A DNA stretch of 64,000 nt, from positions 14,942,001 through 15,006,000 of the forward strand of contig CATNEN010000039.1 in assembly GCA_950097015.1 (NCBI GenBank), given 5' to 3'. The notes under the pieces are model-generated. The model had not been told where the DNA came from and did no database searches. It saw only the letters and a list, made by a program, of their open reading frames with translations. This document shows positions 12,501 through 24,632 of this stretch, in pieces (position 1 is the first letter of the stretch; each line of letters starts with the position of its first letter). The stretch is from Macrostomum hystrix. Taxonomy: Eukaryota > Animalia > Platyhelminthes. Made by a program: the position numbers and the translations under genes.

Positions 12501-15410
12501 TGATCCTTCTCGCAGGCTTCCGGAGTCCTGCTCACAGCGCCTGATCCGTACCCTTATCGATTCCGGTCTAGGTGGTCCGGAGTTCGATTCCCGCCAAGTA
12601 GTCGCGTGCGCTGTGGATCTTTGGCGACGGCGCGTTAAAAGCCGCGAGACAAGCCTGGCATCGCTTAGCAAAGAGTTTAATGGGCCGCCAGTAAGCTCCG
12701 CCTGTCAAGCCATTGTTCGGCCTGGCATCGTTGGCAATGGTAACCATAGCAATGCGGTAGATCGGGCCGTGTTTGATTACTGTCATGTGTATGCAAAACT
12801 GCACTGTTCTGACGGCGGAAGCGGCCCAGATGCTAGCTGTGAGTGTTTTGGGGCGGATCTGGAAAGCATTGGGTAGATCTGGGATGCAAAGAGCGGATCT
12901 AGAATGCAGAGAGCGGATCTGGGATGCAGAGAGCGGATCTGGGATGCAGAGAGCGGATCTGGGATGCAGAGAGCGGATCTAGAATGCAGAGAGCGGATCT
13001 GGGATGCAGAGAGCGGATCTAGAATGCAGAGAGCGGATCTAGAATGCAGAGAGCGGATCTAGAATGCAGAGAGCGGATCTAGAATGCAGAGAGCGGATCT
13101 AGAATGCAGAGAGCGGATATAGAATGCAGAGAGCGGATCTAGAATGCAGAGAGCGGATCTAGAATGCAGAGAGCGGATCTGGGATGCAGAGAGCGGATCT
13201 AGAATGCAGAGAGCGGATCTAGAATGCAGAGAGCGGATCTGGGATGCAGAGAGCGGATCTGCAAAGCAGGGGCCAGAAGCTAGGTTATTGGCAAAAAGCT
13301 AGGATCATTTATTATTCTGCTATTGGTTGTCCTTATTAAACTCGTGTTTCTGAATCCGCTGTCACACAGTGCCCAGCTGCCTGATGCGCCTGCAGGCCCA
13401 AACAGACATGCCGCCGACTTGTCGCGCTGCTCTGCAGCATCAGCGAATCCTTTGGCTAGTTCAGCCGCGCTTCACTGCCGCATTCGCCGATGCCTGCAAG
13501 GCCAGCCTGCTGGCTCACTGTGGCTCCGCTTCTGACAACGCTGCGGCCATCCGCTGCCTGTCTGCCATCGTGCTGGAGGACAGTCTGGCTATTCTGCTGG
13601 TGAGTCTGCTGCTTAGGTTATTGTGATTTAGTGAGAATTTTATTCGATTCACCACAACACCATTTTTTACTAATTTCAAGTAGGCAGGAGAAAGATTAAA
13701 GAAATACTATATAAGATGTAGAGAACGCTTACCTAAAATGTAGGGACTGGGTGACATGTAGGAATTGACTGGATGACGTGTAGGGATCGACTGGGTAAGA
13801 TGTAGGGATTGACTGGATGAGATGTAGGGATCGACTGGATGAGATGTAGGGATTGACTGGATGAGATGTAGGGATCGACTGGATGAGATGTAGGGATCGA
13901 CTGGATGAGATGTAGGGATCGACTGGATGAGATGTAGGAATCGACTGGATGAGATGTAGGGATCGACTGGATGAGATGTAGGGATCGACTGGATGAGATG
14001 TAGCGTGTCGCTATAATGCAACCAGTTTTATTAGCTGTCCATTTTCATTCGCTGTAGGCAGCCGAATCGCCCACTCTGAGCTCTTCCGGCTTGCCCGCCG
14101 AGATTGTCCAGGTGCGACGCCATCGCATTGGCGCTTCTTGTCGTCGCCGACTATTCAGCGATCTTCTGCCGCCGCTGCAGCAGCCGTCCGACGGCGACGT
14201 CGGTTTGCCGCGTCTGCGCGGAATCATCGGCGGCGAGGATCCGGAACTGCTGCGCCGCTGCCAGCGCATGGCCTTCCAGCACTGCCGCGATATCGGCGAT
14301 AAGTCGGACAACTCGGGCGCTTCGCCGCTTCTCATCTGTCTCGGCCGACATCTGCGTGACGCCGGCTTCGACGCCGATTGTCGTCACGCGGTTGACCAAC
14401 TGCTGCTGCCTTTGCTGCCAAAGTCGGCGGAGCGGCGACTGCAGCGGCTGATTAGCGGCGACCTGCACTCCGCCTGCGAGACGGAGATGAACAGGTTAGC
14501 TCGCGGCGCGGTGACTAACGTTAAAAAGTAAACTGCCAATTTTAATTAAATTGTTTGCATTCTTTGTCATAGCCGCTGTCGCGAGCAGCTCCTCGAAGCC
14601 TCACGCCTACCAGTTAATGCCGCTGCCGCTGACGCCGCCATTGTTCAGCTCAGCATCTTGCGCTGCCTCCGTAGTGCCGCCGCGGTTGAATCGACAGATC
14701 GACAGATTCGCCCGGTCTGTCGTCGGATTGTTCAACGCCACCTCGCTGAGCACAGTATAGACAGTCTGCTGCCGGCCGCCGGTTGGGAGCCAAACCGGCT
14801 GCTCAGCGACTGCCGCCGGGTGCTGCTGGCCGAATCGGCAGGATGCGTCGCCGACTTGGCCGCCGTCGACACTCCGCAGGCAGCCGCCGCAGTCGGCGCC
14901 AGTTGCCTGCGTCAAGCCCTGTCTGCCGGCGTGATTCCCGCTAGCGCCGCCGCCTGCCGCTCGGCCGTTGTTGAACTTGGCCAGCAAGGCGCCGGTGACC
15001 GCGCCAACGATGTGCACTCGGACACAACGCTTGTTCGGGCCTGCGCTGCTGAACTCAGGCAAAACTGTCGCGAAGTGTCGCCCGGTGCTGGACGTCTCCT
15101 AGCCTGCCTGGTGTCGCTTAACGGCAGTCGGCGACTGTCTGACGATTGCCAAGCCCGTCTGGCTGACCGCCTGCTGCTCGCCCGAGCTGCCGGCGATGTA
15201 CCGCGGCTGGATCAGCAGCGGCCGCAGGAGCAGTTGGTGGAGCTTCCTATTGAGAGCGGCGGTCCTGTTGGTTCTGCAGAGTCCTTTTATCACGTGACAC
15301 TACTTTCCATTTTCTGGACAATGACAGCAGCCGCATTTGCCTTCTGCCTGGGTAGAAGGCTGCAGCGTATTCGATGGCGGCGTCTGTGTCGCACCTGTCG
15401 ACTGGTGTAA
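6578..15410 (+). CDS. GLG1: Golgi apparatus protein 1-like (cysteine-rich FGF receptor/ESL-1). Exons 6578-6831, 7627-7998, 9394-9759, 10083-10393, 12100-12354, 12516-12838, 13370-13599, 14058-14494, 14573-15410; signal-peptide exon not found
   Basis: All GT-AG junctions phase-consistent (~1127 aa). First exon CQHAVWLLKYNLTHDSRFEVAANGIC matches the GLG1 N-terminal repeat; recurrent Cys-rich repeats (e.g. LVRACAAELRQNCREVSPGAGRLLACL); C-terminal TM followed by a basic tail. Confidence 0.85.
8062..8697. mobile_element. Probable solo LTR in a GLG1 intron
   Basis: 636-bp block with TG...CA ends (TGTTGT...ACTACA) flanked by a 4-bp direct repeat CTTA; no coding capacity. Confidence 0.5.
8704..9209. 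repeat. 18-bp minisatellite AGCCTACTCATCCCCAT(C/G), intronic
   Basis: Visible tandem units. Confidence 0.95.
9883..10047. repeat. 34-35-bp tandem repeat (~4-5 copies), intronic
   Basis: Unit GGATTTCCTAGACTTGG(G)CCAT(A/G)(C/T)CAGATTCTTG. Confidence 0.9.
10389..12053. repeat. 37-bp minisatellite (~45 copies) GTGGGGTGAGATACTGGCC(C/T)GCCATGCTGCTGAGACT; the unit includes the GLG1 exon end and splice donor
   Basis: First unit overlaps exon end 10393 and donor GT at 10394. Confidence 0.97.
12852..13261. repeat. 20-bp minisatellite GAGCGGATCT(AGA/GGG)ATGCAGA (~20 copies), intronic
   Basis: Visible tandem units. Confidence 0.96.
13738..14003. repeat. 22-bp minisatellite GATGAGATGTAGGGATCGACTG (~12 copies), intronic
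   Basis: Visible tandem units. Confidence 0.95.
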
Positions 15411-15518
15411 TTGGCAGTCCTTGCTCGCTTGATTCAGATTGTTTAGCATTTTATATTGTTTATAAACTTATCGGATTTTGCTTGATTTTGATCAAGCTCT
15501 TAAATTGTAAAAAATAAC

Positions 15519-15996
15519 GGACGGTATCGGATTCTTAATTCTGATTGGACGGTGTCGGATTCTTAATTCTGATTGGACGGTGTCGGATTCTTAATTCTGA
15601 TTGGACGGTGTCGGATTCTTAATTCTGATTGGACGGTATCGGATTCTTAATTCTGATTGGACGGTGTCGGATTCTTAATTCTGATTGGACGGTGTCGGAT
15701 TCTTAATTCTGATTGGACGGTATCGGATTCTTAATTCTAATTGGGCGGTGTCGGATTCTTAATTCTGATTGAACGGTGTCGGATTCTTAATTCTGATTGG
15801 ACGGTATCGGATTTTTAATTCTGATTGAACGGTGTCGGATTCTTAATTCTGATTGGACGGTATCGGATTCTTAATTCTGATTGGACGGTGTCGGATTCTT
15901 AATTCTGATTGGACGGTATCGGATTCTTAATTCTGATTGGATGGCATCAGGTTCTCAATTCTGACTGGACGGTGTCGGATTCTTAATTCTGATTGG
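15519..15996. repeat. 28-bp minisatellite GGACGGT(G/A)TCGGATTCTTAATTCTGATT (~17 copies) just 3' of GLG1
   Basis: Visible tandem units; degenerate tail to ~16080. Confidence 0.96.
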
Positions 15997-16494
15997 ATAG
16001 AATCAGACTTTTGATTGAAGTCAGAATTCGTGAATCAGTTTCTTGATTCTGATTAGATGGAATCGGATTCCTGATTCTGACTTGTTTGAAATTCGATTTT
16101 GATTGGCTAGTAAATGTTCGTATTGGCTTCGGTGCTTTAATTAATACTTGATTGAAAATGATGTCGAACAGTCTTTCCTTTGTAGATAGTCACTTATATT
16201 TCTATTAGTTGACTGACGCATACTGGGTTGTGTAAAACGTTATGTTTGCACGCGGAAAGTTACATATATTCTAAGGTTGCTAATACATCTCCGTATATGT
16301 TTGTCCGCATTCCACGCTTTATTTGTTGCTTTTTTATTTTCTGCTTGCAAAAGAAATACATTTTTAACTAAAACAACCCTCGTATGATTGTTGTCTACTA
16401 TTTGTTTGATTACGTCTCCCTTGTCGGCAGATTTTATAATAATTGATAAATTCAGATTTATTTATTTCACCTGCCCGGCCCTATGATTGTGGGC

Positions 16495-16615
16495 ATTTAG
16501 TGTACGGCTATTCAGTCTAATACTGCTGCGTATATTAAAGCAATCTCAAATTTATAGACTTTCTAAGAGGCATAAATTTTTCCAGTGAAGTCGAAATCGA
16601 ACCCCCGACCTTCGA
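16495..16615 (-). mobile_element. Degenerate tRNA-derived SINE fragment
   Basis: GTACGGCTATTCAGTC and CCAGTGAAGTCGAAATCGAACCCCCGACCTTC match the SINE copy ending at 48478. Confidence 0.55.
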
Positions 16616-16892
16616 CCTGCAAAATCCCCCTTACAATATTGAATTCATAATTTATATGAACCTTCTATTATAGCGCCTTTCGGTCCGGTTTTTTTTACAA
16701 TTTATGAGTTACATTTACGTCTGCTTGTACAGTCTGCTTGTGCACAACATCTGCTGCTGGACAGAGAATGCTAGCTGGGGCAGACTTGGCTGCATTGTTC
16801 TCATTGTGCGTGCATGTTTGAAATGCGAAGCCGATGCAGCTGCTCAAGCTTCGCATTTCACAGCGGCTGTTAGCTCGCTCGCGAATTGAATA

Positions 16893-17963
16893 ATGTCGCA
16901 CACTACAACCCTGGATGAATTCGAATGGCGAGGCATTCGATGGAACAACTACACCACTCCGGACCTGCTGAGCCGCGCCGTGACCGAATTCCGCTTCCGG
17001 CCGACGGATACCTGCGTGTGCACCTTCCCTAGGTGCGGCACAACCCTCACCCAGGAGATTGTGTGGCACCTAACTAATCGGCATATTATTAAACCAGGAG
17101 CGAAGTACGGTCCGATCGATGATAGATTCCCATTCCTGGAATTCAACTACGGCTGGGGAGCGTCCGGTACAGTCCGGTCTGGCATCAATATGCTCGAGGC
17201 TGCGGCGCCTGATGAGCGGCGACTAATCAAAACCCACTGCCCCTATTCACTGATGAGGGAGTCGCTAGGATTGGCTGACCCTCGAATTATTGTTGTACTG
17301 CGCAATCCCAAGGACTGCTGCCATTCTTTGTACCATTTCTACAAGGGCCTGGACATGTACGGACCTTGGCCGGGAGATTGGCCAGAGTTTGTTGACATCT
17401 TCCTGACTGGCAAAACGATGTGTGGAGACTACTTCCAGGTTGGCACTGGTACAATACTAAGCTGCGGTCACACTGCCTCTACCCGTTTCACTGTCCAATT
17501 GGTGTTGCCAAAACACCTCGCAATGTCCCAGTTGTGCAGTTACTAACCCTCCCAGCGGCTGTACCCCAGGGCACAGCTGCGCAACACAAAGCTAATTCCA
17601 AGTTCTTCCCATCTGCTGCAGGTCTCCTCGGAATGGTGGCAGCAGCGCCACCGCCCCAATCTGTTGCTGCTGAAGTACGAAGACATTGTTAGCCGGCCAG
17701 CTGACAGCATCGGCCGCATCGCCGATCATCTGGGCATCGAACTAACTCCAGAACAGAAGGCCTGCGTGATGCACAATTGCAGCTTCCAAGCAATGTCTGG
17801 CAATGACCAGGTAAATACCGCGTTCACCACCGGATTTCGCTTCCTGCGCAAGGGACTGATAGGCGACTGGCGGAACCAGTTCTCGGACGAGCAGAGCGCA
17901 AGGTTTGACCTTGCCACTGAACAGAGACTGTCTAGCATCGGGCTGCAGTTTGACTACAACTGA
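16893..17963 (+). CDS. Cytosolic sulfotransferase (SULT1-like), exons 16893-17438 and 17622-17963, 295 aa
   Basis: 5'-PSB loop TFPRCGTT, IKTH catalytic His, 3'-PB RNPKDCCHS, YED, RKGLIGDWRNQFS; phase-0 GT-AG intron. Confidence 0.93.
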
Positions 17964-17976
17964 GTACAACTCAAAC

Positions 17977-18460
17977 CATGATGATCTGCACTGCCTGAAC
18001 CCACAAAGCCATGCTGATTATCCACTGCATGAGCCCACAAAGCCATGCTGATTATCCACTGCATGAGCCCACAAAGCCATGCTGATTATCCACTGCATAA
18101 GCCCACAAAGCCATGCTGATTATCCACTGCATGAGCCCACAAAGCCATGCTGATTATCCACTGCATGAGCCCACAAAGCCATGCTGATTATCCACTGCAT
18201 AAGCCCACAAAGCCATGCTGATTATCCACTGCATGAGCCCACAAAGCCATGCTGATTATCCACTGCATGAGCCCACAAAGCCATGCTGATTATCCACTGC
18301 ATGAGCCCACAAAGCCATGCTGATTATCCACTGCATGAGCCCACAAAGCCATGCTGATTATCCACTGCATGAACCCACAAAACCATGCTGATTATCCACT
18401 GCATGAACCCACAAAGCCATGCTGATTATCCACTGCATGAACCCACAAAACCATGCTGAT
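17977..18460. repeat. 34-bp minisatellite (~14 copies) in the predicted SULT 3' UTR
   Basis: Unit AGCCCACAAAGCCATGCTGATTATCCACTGCATG; first AATAAA follows at ~18474. Confidence 0.95.
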
Positions 18461-18945
18461 CTATACTTTGACAAATAAATCAGTAATTAGAAAAAGGCAC
18501 GATTAGATATAAAATGTCTATTTGACTTATGCATGCTAAATTTTTTTCACACACATATAGAAGTATTTATATTGCAGCAGCAAAAAACCCATGGATTATA
18601 AAAGATCGCATTTTATATATTAAGGATTACATTACACGCTGCGCATAGTAACTAGGCAGTCAATCTAATAGAAAATCAAAATTTGTTAATGTCTACCGTC
18701 TTATATACAAAATGTTGGAAAATTCATTTCGAGTTTTAAAATCTGTTGTACAACAAAAAGTAATGCCTGATATGTTTAAACGAAACAAAGTAGCGAAAGA
18801 TGTACCGTATTACTTTTAGTAGCAGAGGATAGCAACAATGCCTTTTTTCTTTACAGACGCAAAGATTTGACAGTGTCAAATTTTTACATAATTATTAAGT
18901 CAATGAAAATTAAAACTTTGGAAACTATTTTACATAGACCCTTGA

Positions 18946-19282
18946 GTGAGGGGATCAGCCCCTAAAGTGAGGGGATCAGCCCCTAAAGTGAGGGGATCAG
19001 CCCCTAAAGTGAGGGGATCAGCCCCTAAAGTGAGGGGATCAGCCCCTAAAGTGAGGGGATCAGCCCCTAAAGTGAGAGGATCAGCCCCTAAAGTGAGGGG
19101 ATCAGCCCCTAAAGTGAGGGGATCAGCCCCTAAAGTGAGGGGATCAGCCCCTAAAGTGAGAGGATCAGCCCTTAAAGTGAGGGGATCAGCCCCTAAAGTG
19201 AGGGGATCAGCCCCTAAAGTGAGAGGATCAGCCCTTAAAGTGAGGGGATCAGCCCCTAAAGTGAGGGGATCAGCCCCTAAAG
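18946..19282. repeat. 21-bp minisatellite GTGAGGGGATCAGCCCCTAAA (16 copies), self-complementary unit
   Basis: Visible tandem units. Confidence 0.97.
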
Positions 19283-19725
19283 TTAGTGAATTTAGCCCCC
19301 TAAAGTTGCTTTGACTGCATTATGTTTTTAACTTGTCTCCTAGTAGCAAAAACTGCAAAAAGCGAAAGTCAGCAAACACAAAAGCAGCACGCTTAGAAGC
19401 AGGCAAATTACTCGTAGTAGCATAAGTAATAAATAAGTGCATATTTGCACTTATTAAGAAATGAAACAATATTATTAATGGACAATAGAAGTGATTATCA
19501 AAAATCAACCCAAGAGCTATTGTTAGTTTCGAGAGGAAATATTTCTGAATAAATGGCGAGCAGAAAAGTCAAAAAGAAACTACGAAGTTGCAAATAATAC
19601 TCGGAATAAGGCCTAGTCGTTATGACAACTAAGCACTAGATAAGATAACGCAATTTAGATTATTTTGGAAAGTTTCGCAGACCAACAAGAACAAAACAGA
19701 AAGAAGCCCAAAGCACAAAGCCAGT

Positions 19726-22438
19726 TTAGTGAGGGCTGGCGCCGCACTGCGGAAACTCCTGACTGTCCTGCAGATTCAACCGGGTATCCTGGCCACGCGA
19801 CGACACCCCGACTGTATCGGAAGCATCGTTGGAGCGTCGGTGCTGTCGAGACGAAGACTGAGTATGCTGGTTTAAAGACGACGATGCCTGCTGCGGCGGC
19901 GTGGGAGGTGGAGTAGGAGTTGATGCCGGCGGCGGAGTTGACGAAAGGGACGCCGGGCCAACAGCGGAGGCTGCAGCGGCAGCGGCGCTGCCTGGAATCG
20001 GCGGATCGCCGCGCAGGTCAAGCCTAGCCACGGGTCCGCAGTCGCCGCCGACGTGCTCGTTGACGTTGAAGACGTTCAGGTGAGCATCCGGACCGGCGCA
20101 AAGCAGGCGCAGGTGCTTCCCAACGGTTACTAGGGCGCAGAGGGTGCGGCCGCCGCCATCGGGCAGGCGGGCGGTGGCGAAGTCACGATCCTGGCTTAGA
20201 GCAGCCGGCAAATAGGAGGCCGACGCCTTGTAGGCCCAGTCCATCCAGGAGTCCTCGGCCGGAGCGGCTCCGCTGCTATTGGGATTAGCAAAGTTGGCGG
20301 ATTTGTATTAATCTACCTGTAGGTCAAACTTTATTATCTATTTTCCTCAAAAATATCGCCAACATCGCAGGCCGTACCTTCCTGACAGGGCTGTCTGGCC
20401 GGCCGCTGACTGTGCTGAGCCCTGCTGCAGGCAGAAGACGTGCAGCGTCTCTGTGTTGGAGCTGCAGGCTAATAGGCGGCTGTCGCGGCTGAAAGCCAGC
20501 GAATAGATGGTCACGCAGCGTTTCACACCGCGACGAAATTCTAGCAGGCGTTGACCATCCGGCACCGAGAATACTCGAATAACGGTGCCCTTCTCAGAGG
20601 CCGTGGCCAGCTTGGTGGCCTGCGCGTTGAAACTGATCGCTGCTAGCGGACTGTCGTGGGCGGCCACCACGCAGAGCGGCTTCAATGCCAGGGTGTCAAA
20701 GATGTGAACCTGAGCGGGTGGAGTGGGTAAAGGAAATGCGTAATTTTTTGTTCATTATGCCACCTTTGCTGAAGCTAGCAACCACCCTTCCTGAACCTAG
20801 CAACCAGCCATCCTGAACCTAGCAACCGCCCTTCCTGAACCTTGCAACCATCCTTCCTGAACCTAGCAACCAGCCATCCTGAACCTAGCAACCGCCCTTC
20901 CTGAACCTTGCAACCATCCTTCCTGAACCTAGCAACCAGCCATCCTGAACCTAGCAACCGCCCTTCCTGAACCTTGCAACCATCCTTCCTGAACCTAGCA
21001 ACCACCCTTCCTGAACCTAGCAACCGCCCTTCCTGAACCTAGCAACCGCCCTTCCTGAACCTAGCAACCACCCTTCCTGAACCTAGCAACCACCCTTCCT
21101 GAACCTAGCAACTGCCCTTCCTGAACCTTGCAACCACCCTTCCTGAACCTAGCAACCACCCTTCCTGAACCTAGCAACCACCCTTCCTGAACCTAGCAAC
21201 CACCCTTCCTGAACCTAGCAACCGCCCTTCCTGAACCTAGCAACCGCCCTTCCTGAACCTAGCAACCGTCCTGAACCTAGCAACCACCCCTCCTGAACCT
21301 AGCTACCACCCTTCCTGAACCTAGCAACCACCCTTCCTGAACCTAGCAACCGCCCTTCCTGAACCTAGCAACCGCCCTTCCTGAACCTAGCAACCGTCCT
21401 GAACCTAGCAACCACCCCTCCTGAACCTAGCAACCGCCCTTCCAAAACCTAGCAACCATCCTGAACCTAGCAACCGACCTTCCTGAACCTAGCAACCGCC
21501 CTTATTGAACCTAGTAACCGCCCTTCTTGAACCTAGCAACTATCCTGAACCTAGCAACCACCCCTCCTGAACCTAGCTACCACCCTTCCTGAACCTAGCT
21601 ACCACCCTTCCTGAACCTAGCAACCAGCCATCCTGAACCTTGTAACCACCCTTCCTGAACCTAGCAACCACCCTTCCTGAACCTAGCAACCACCCTTCCT
21701 GAACCTAGCAACCGCCCTTACCTAGCAACCATCCTGAACCTAGCAACCGACCTTCCTGAACCTAGCAACCGCCCTTCTTGAACCTAGTAACCGCCCTTCT
21801 TGAACCTAGTAACCGCCCTTCCTGAACCTTGCAACCATCCTGATCCTAGCAACCACCCTTCCTGAACCTAGCAACCGCCCTTCCTGAACCTAGCAACCAT
21901 CCTGATCCTAGCAACCACCCTTCCTGAACCTAGCAACCGTCCCTCAGAAACTTGCAGCAAGACCAGCGCTGACCTCTCCCAGCTGAGCGCTGCCCGGATA
22001 GGCTAAGAGCGAGCTGTCGTTTGCAGAGCCCAAGGCACACAGGCCTAAACGATTTGGCGGAGTCTCACGTATCGTATGAACCACCTTCATGTCCTGCAGG
22101 TTGTGAATGTAAAGCGAATCTTCAAGACAGACGACAAGGCGTTGACGATTAAGCCGCACGGCCAGGATGCTGTTGGAGTAGCTGCAGCTGCAAATCTCAG
22201 TACCCTTCTTGAAATGGCAGACGCGAAGTTTGCGTGGGGCACCTTGTGTAACCATAGCAACTAGCGAACTCGAATAGTGTCTTTCAATGATGCAGACCTC
22301 GTCGCCGTCGTGACGAAAGACTTCATCGAGTCGGTCGGCATTTTGGGACAGGCTGTACAGCCGGTAGCCAGTGCTGAGGCCAACCGCCAACGAGGTGAAG
22401 TCCTGGTTGAAGCTGACGCTGAGGACGCGAGGACCCTC
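19726..22438 (-). CDS. WIPI2: WD-repeat phosphoinositide-interacting protein (WIPI1/2, ATG18). Exons 22438-21974, 20709-20378, 20275-19726; start codon unresolved
   Basis: [41 protein letters not shown]3P-binding [14 protein letters not shown]; phase-consistent introns. Confidence 0.92.
20776..21942. repeat. 22-bp minisatellite AACC(A/G)CCCTTCCTGAACCTAGC with 18-bp deletion variants (~50+ copies) filling a WIPI intron
   Basis: Visible tandem units. Confidence 0.96.
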
Positions 22439-22499
22439 CTGTAGAAGTTGAGTTTGTGTCTTGCAGGCATTTTTGTAAAATTTCACAATTCCAAACATG

Positions 22500-22961
22500 G
22501 ATAAATCTAGCCAGCCAATCAAAATTTCACACCCCTAAACCTAATAGATAAATCTAGCCAGCCAATCAAAATTTCACACCCCTAAACCTCATAGATAAAT
22601 CTAGCCAGCCAATCAAAATTTCACTTCCCTAAACCTCATAGATAAATCTAGCTAGCCAATCAAAATTTCACACCCCTAAACCTCATAGATAAATCTAGCC
22701 AGCCAATCAAAATTTCACTCCCCTAAACCTCATAGATAAATCTAGCTAGCCAATCAGAATTTCACTCCCCTAAACCTCATAGATAAATCTAGCTAGCCAA
22801 TCAGAATTTCACTCCCCTAAACCTCATAGATAAATCTAGCCAGTCAATCAGAATTTCACTCCCCTAAACCTCATAGATAAATCTAGCCAGCCAATCAAAA
22901 TTTCACTCCCCTAAACATCATAGATAAATCTAGCCAGCCAATCAGAATTTCACTCCCCTAA
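22500..22961. repeat. 47-bp minisatellite (~10 copies) upstream of the WIPI coding exon, probably intronic
   Basis: Unit ATAAATCTAGCCAGCCAATCAAAATTTCAC(A/T)CCCCTAAACCTCATAG. Confidence 0.96.
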
Positions 22962-23642
22962 ATATTATTCAATTTTATGTACCTGCTGCTTACAGCATCA
23001 ACTTATGTGTGCGTCTGATCTGAAAAACGGTTTGTAAATAAAAAATCGAACTAAATAACCTTGCAGAAAAAAACTATGATTGATGCTTTTTCGCTTATTT
23101 TATTGAAGCAACAGTCTGGATAACCATGTGGATGTACCTAAAAACATTTATTATAAATAAAATTGATGATGAAATAGGAGAAATAAAATGATCACATTCT
23201 ATGGTGAACAAGTGTGTCACTAAACTCTGTTAGTAAACTGTTTTTTAGAATCTAAAAATGTTTGAATTCACACAAGAATATTTTTTTCAAACGTCACAAC
23301 GAAATTTAAATAAGTAGTAACAAGTAAACATTTTGCAGGTTGAACAATATAAAATGTAATTTAGCGAAGCGAAAGGCTAAAAAAGGAAAAAATATCGTGA
23401 AAATAAAATGTTAAATTTTTATAGAATGTGCTTTTCTAAAAGTAAATTGTTTTACTTGTCAAATAGGTGAATAATGTAGCTGTTGAATTGTTTGCTTTTT
23501 AATAAAGGAAACACTCAAAAAAACGAAAACCTTACAGACAATTCAGAGCAGGTTTATTTAAAATAGGTCACAATTTCTGAGAAAAACAGAAACACACCAA
23601 AAAATCCGAGAAAGGTCATTGTCTTCTATTAATTGAATTTAA

Positions 23643-24371
23643 TCAATTCTTCTTAAGCGCATTGAGAATGCGCAGAATGTACAAGAACAGGTTGATGATG
23701 TCCAGGTAGAGATCAACGCTAGCCAGGATGTACTCCTCGGGACTGACGCGGTGCATAATGTTGGCCGTGTCGAACACAATGAACAGGCTAAATACGAAAG
23801 CGCCGCCAAGGGAGATGACCAGGTTGAGAACGCTGCTCTGCAGGAACATCTGAATGAAGCATCCGCCTAGAAGAAGCAGCAGGGCAACTAATAGAGGGGC
23901 CTCCCAGGCGCTGAAGTCGCGCTTAGTCTGCAGAGTGAACAGTGTCAGGCCGATGGTAACTAGCAGGGTAAGAAGCAGGGCCTGCAGTACCAGCGCCACG
24001 GAATAGTGCACAACACAGAAGCCAACAGTAACGGACTGGCACAGTGTGAAGGCCAGTAGCAGCACAAAATTAATCGGAGTATCTCTAGCCTTCCAGTGCA
24101 GCGCGAACACCAGGCCCAGAGTGGCTAGGAAGCAGAAGATCAGTACACCAAACATGCCGCCGTGCAGGGCGTCCCTAACAGCGCCGGCGTTGGCCATGAA
24201 AGCGGCGCAAACGAGTGTTGTCACGAGCAATTGTGCGGACAATATGCCATAGACTTTGCGCAGGAAGCCCATGCGGATGTAGATATGAGCGGAGGCCACA
24301 TTGTTGCTATACATAAAATCGTCGGCCAGACCCCCGCCCATGTCCAGCTTAATGTCATTGCTATGCTGCAT
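23643..24371 (-). CDS. TMBIM4: Protein lifeguard 4 / GAAP (BI-1 family), single coding exon, 242 aa
   Basis: DDFMYSNNVASAHIYIRMGFLRKVYGIL and SPEEYILASVDLYLDIINLFL; multiple TM helices. Confidence 0.95.
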   Translation of the reverse strand: MQHSNDIKLDMGGGLADDFMYSNNVASAHIYIRMGFLRKVYGILSAQLLVTTLVCAAFMANAGAVRDALHGGMFGVLIFCFLATLGLVFALHWKARDTPINFVLLLAFTLCQSVTVGFCVVHYSVALVLQALLLTLLVTIGLTLFTLQTKRDFSAWEAPLLVALLLLLGGCFIQMFLQSSVLNLVISLGGAFVFSLFIVFDTANIMHRVSPEEYILASVDLYLDIINLFLYILRILNALKKN

Positions 24372-24632
24372 AGTTAGTTTCTAGGGCTGAAATTGTAGCG
24401 CAACACATAATAACAATTGTGCAGCTCTGTATGATGAAATATAGGATTGAATACTTAATTATGAGTTCCATAGACATTAAAGCAAGAAAAAAACAAATGT
24501 TGAGTAGTATTACAATTATGATTCAATTCATGAGTCTCAACCATAGACTATGCATTAAAAGCATGCATTAAACGACCCTGGTTGCTAATTAGTATTACAA
24601 TAGTACTTACAAAAATTTCATGTCCTCAAATA

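Noticed and set aside
18946-19314. 122-aa (VRGSAPK)n ORF; similar repeat ORFs at 8764-9258, 13707 and 20775
   Set aside because: Pure minisatellite translations with no splice or start context.
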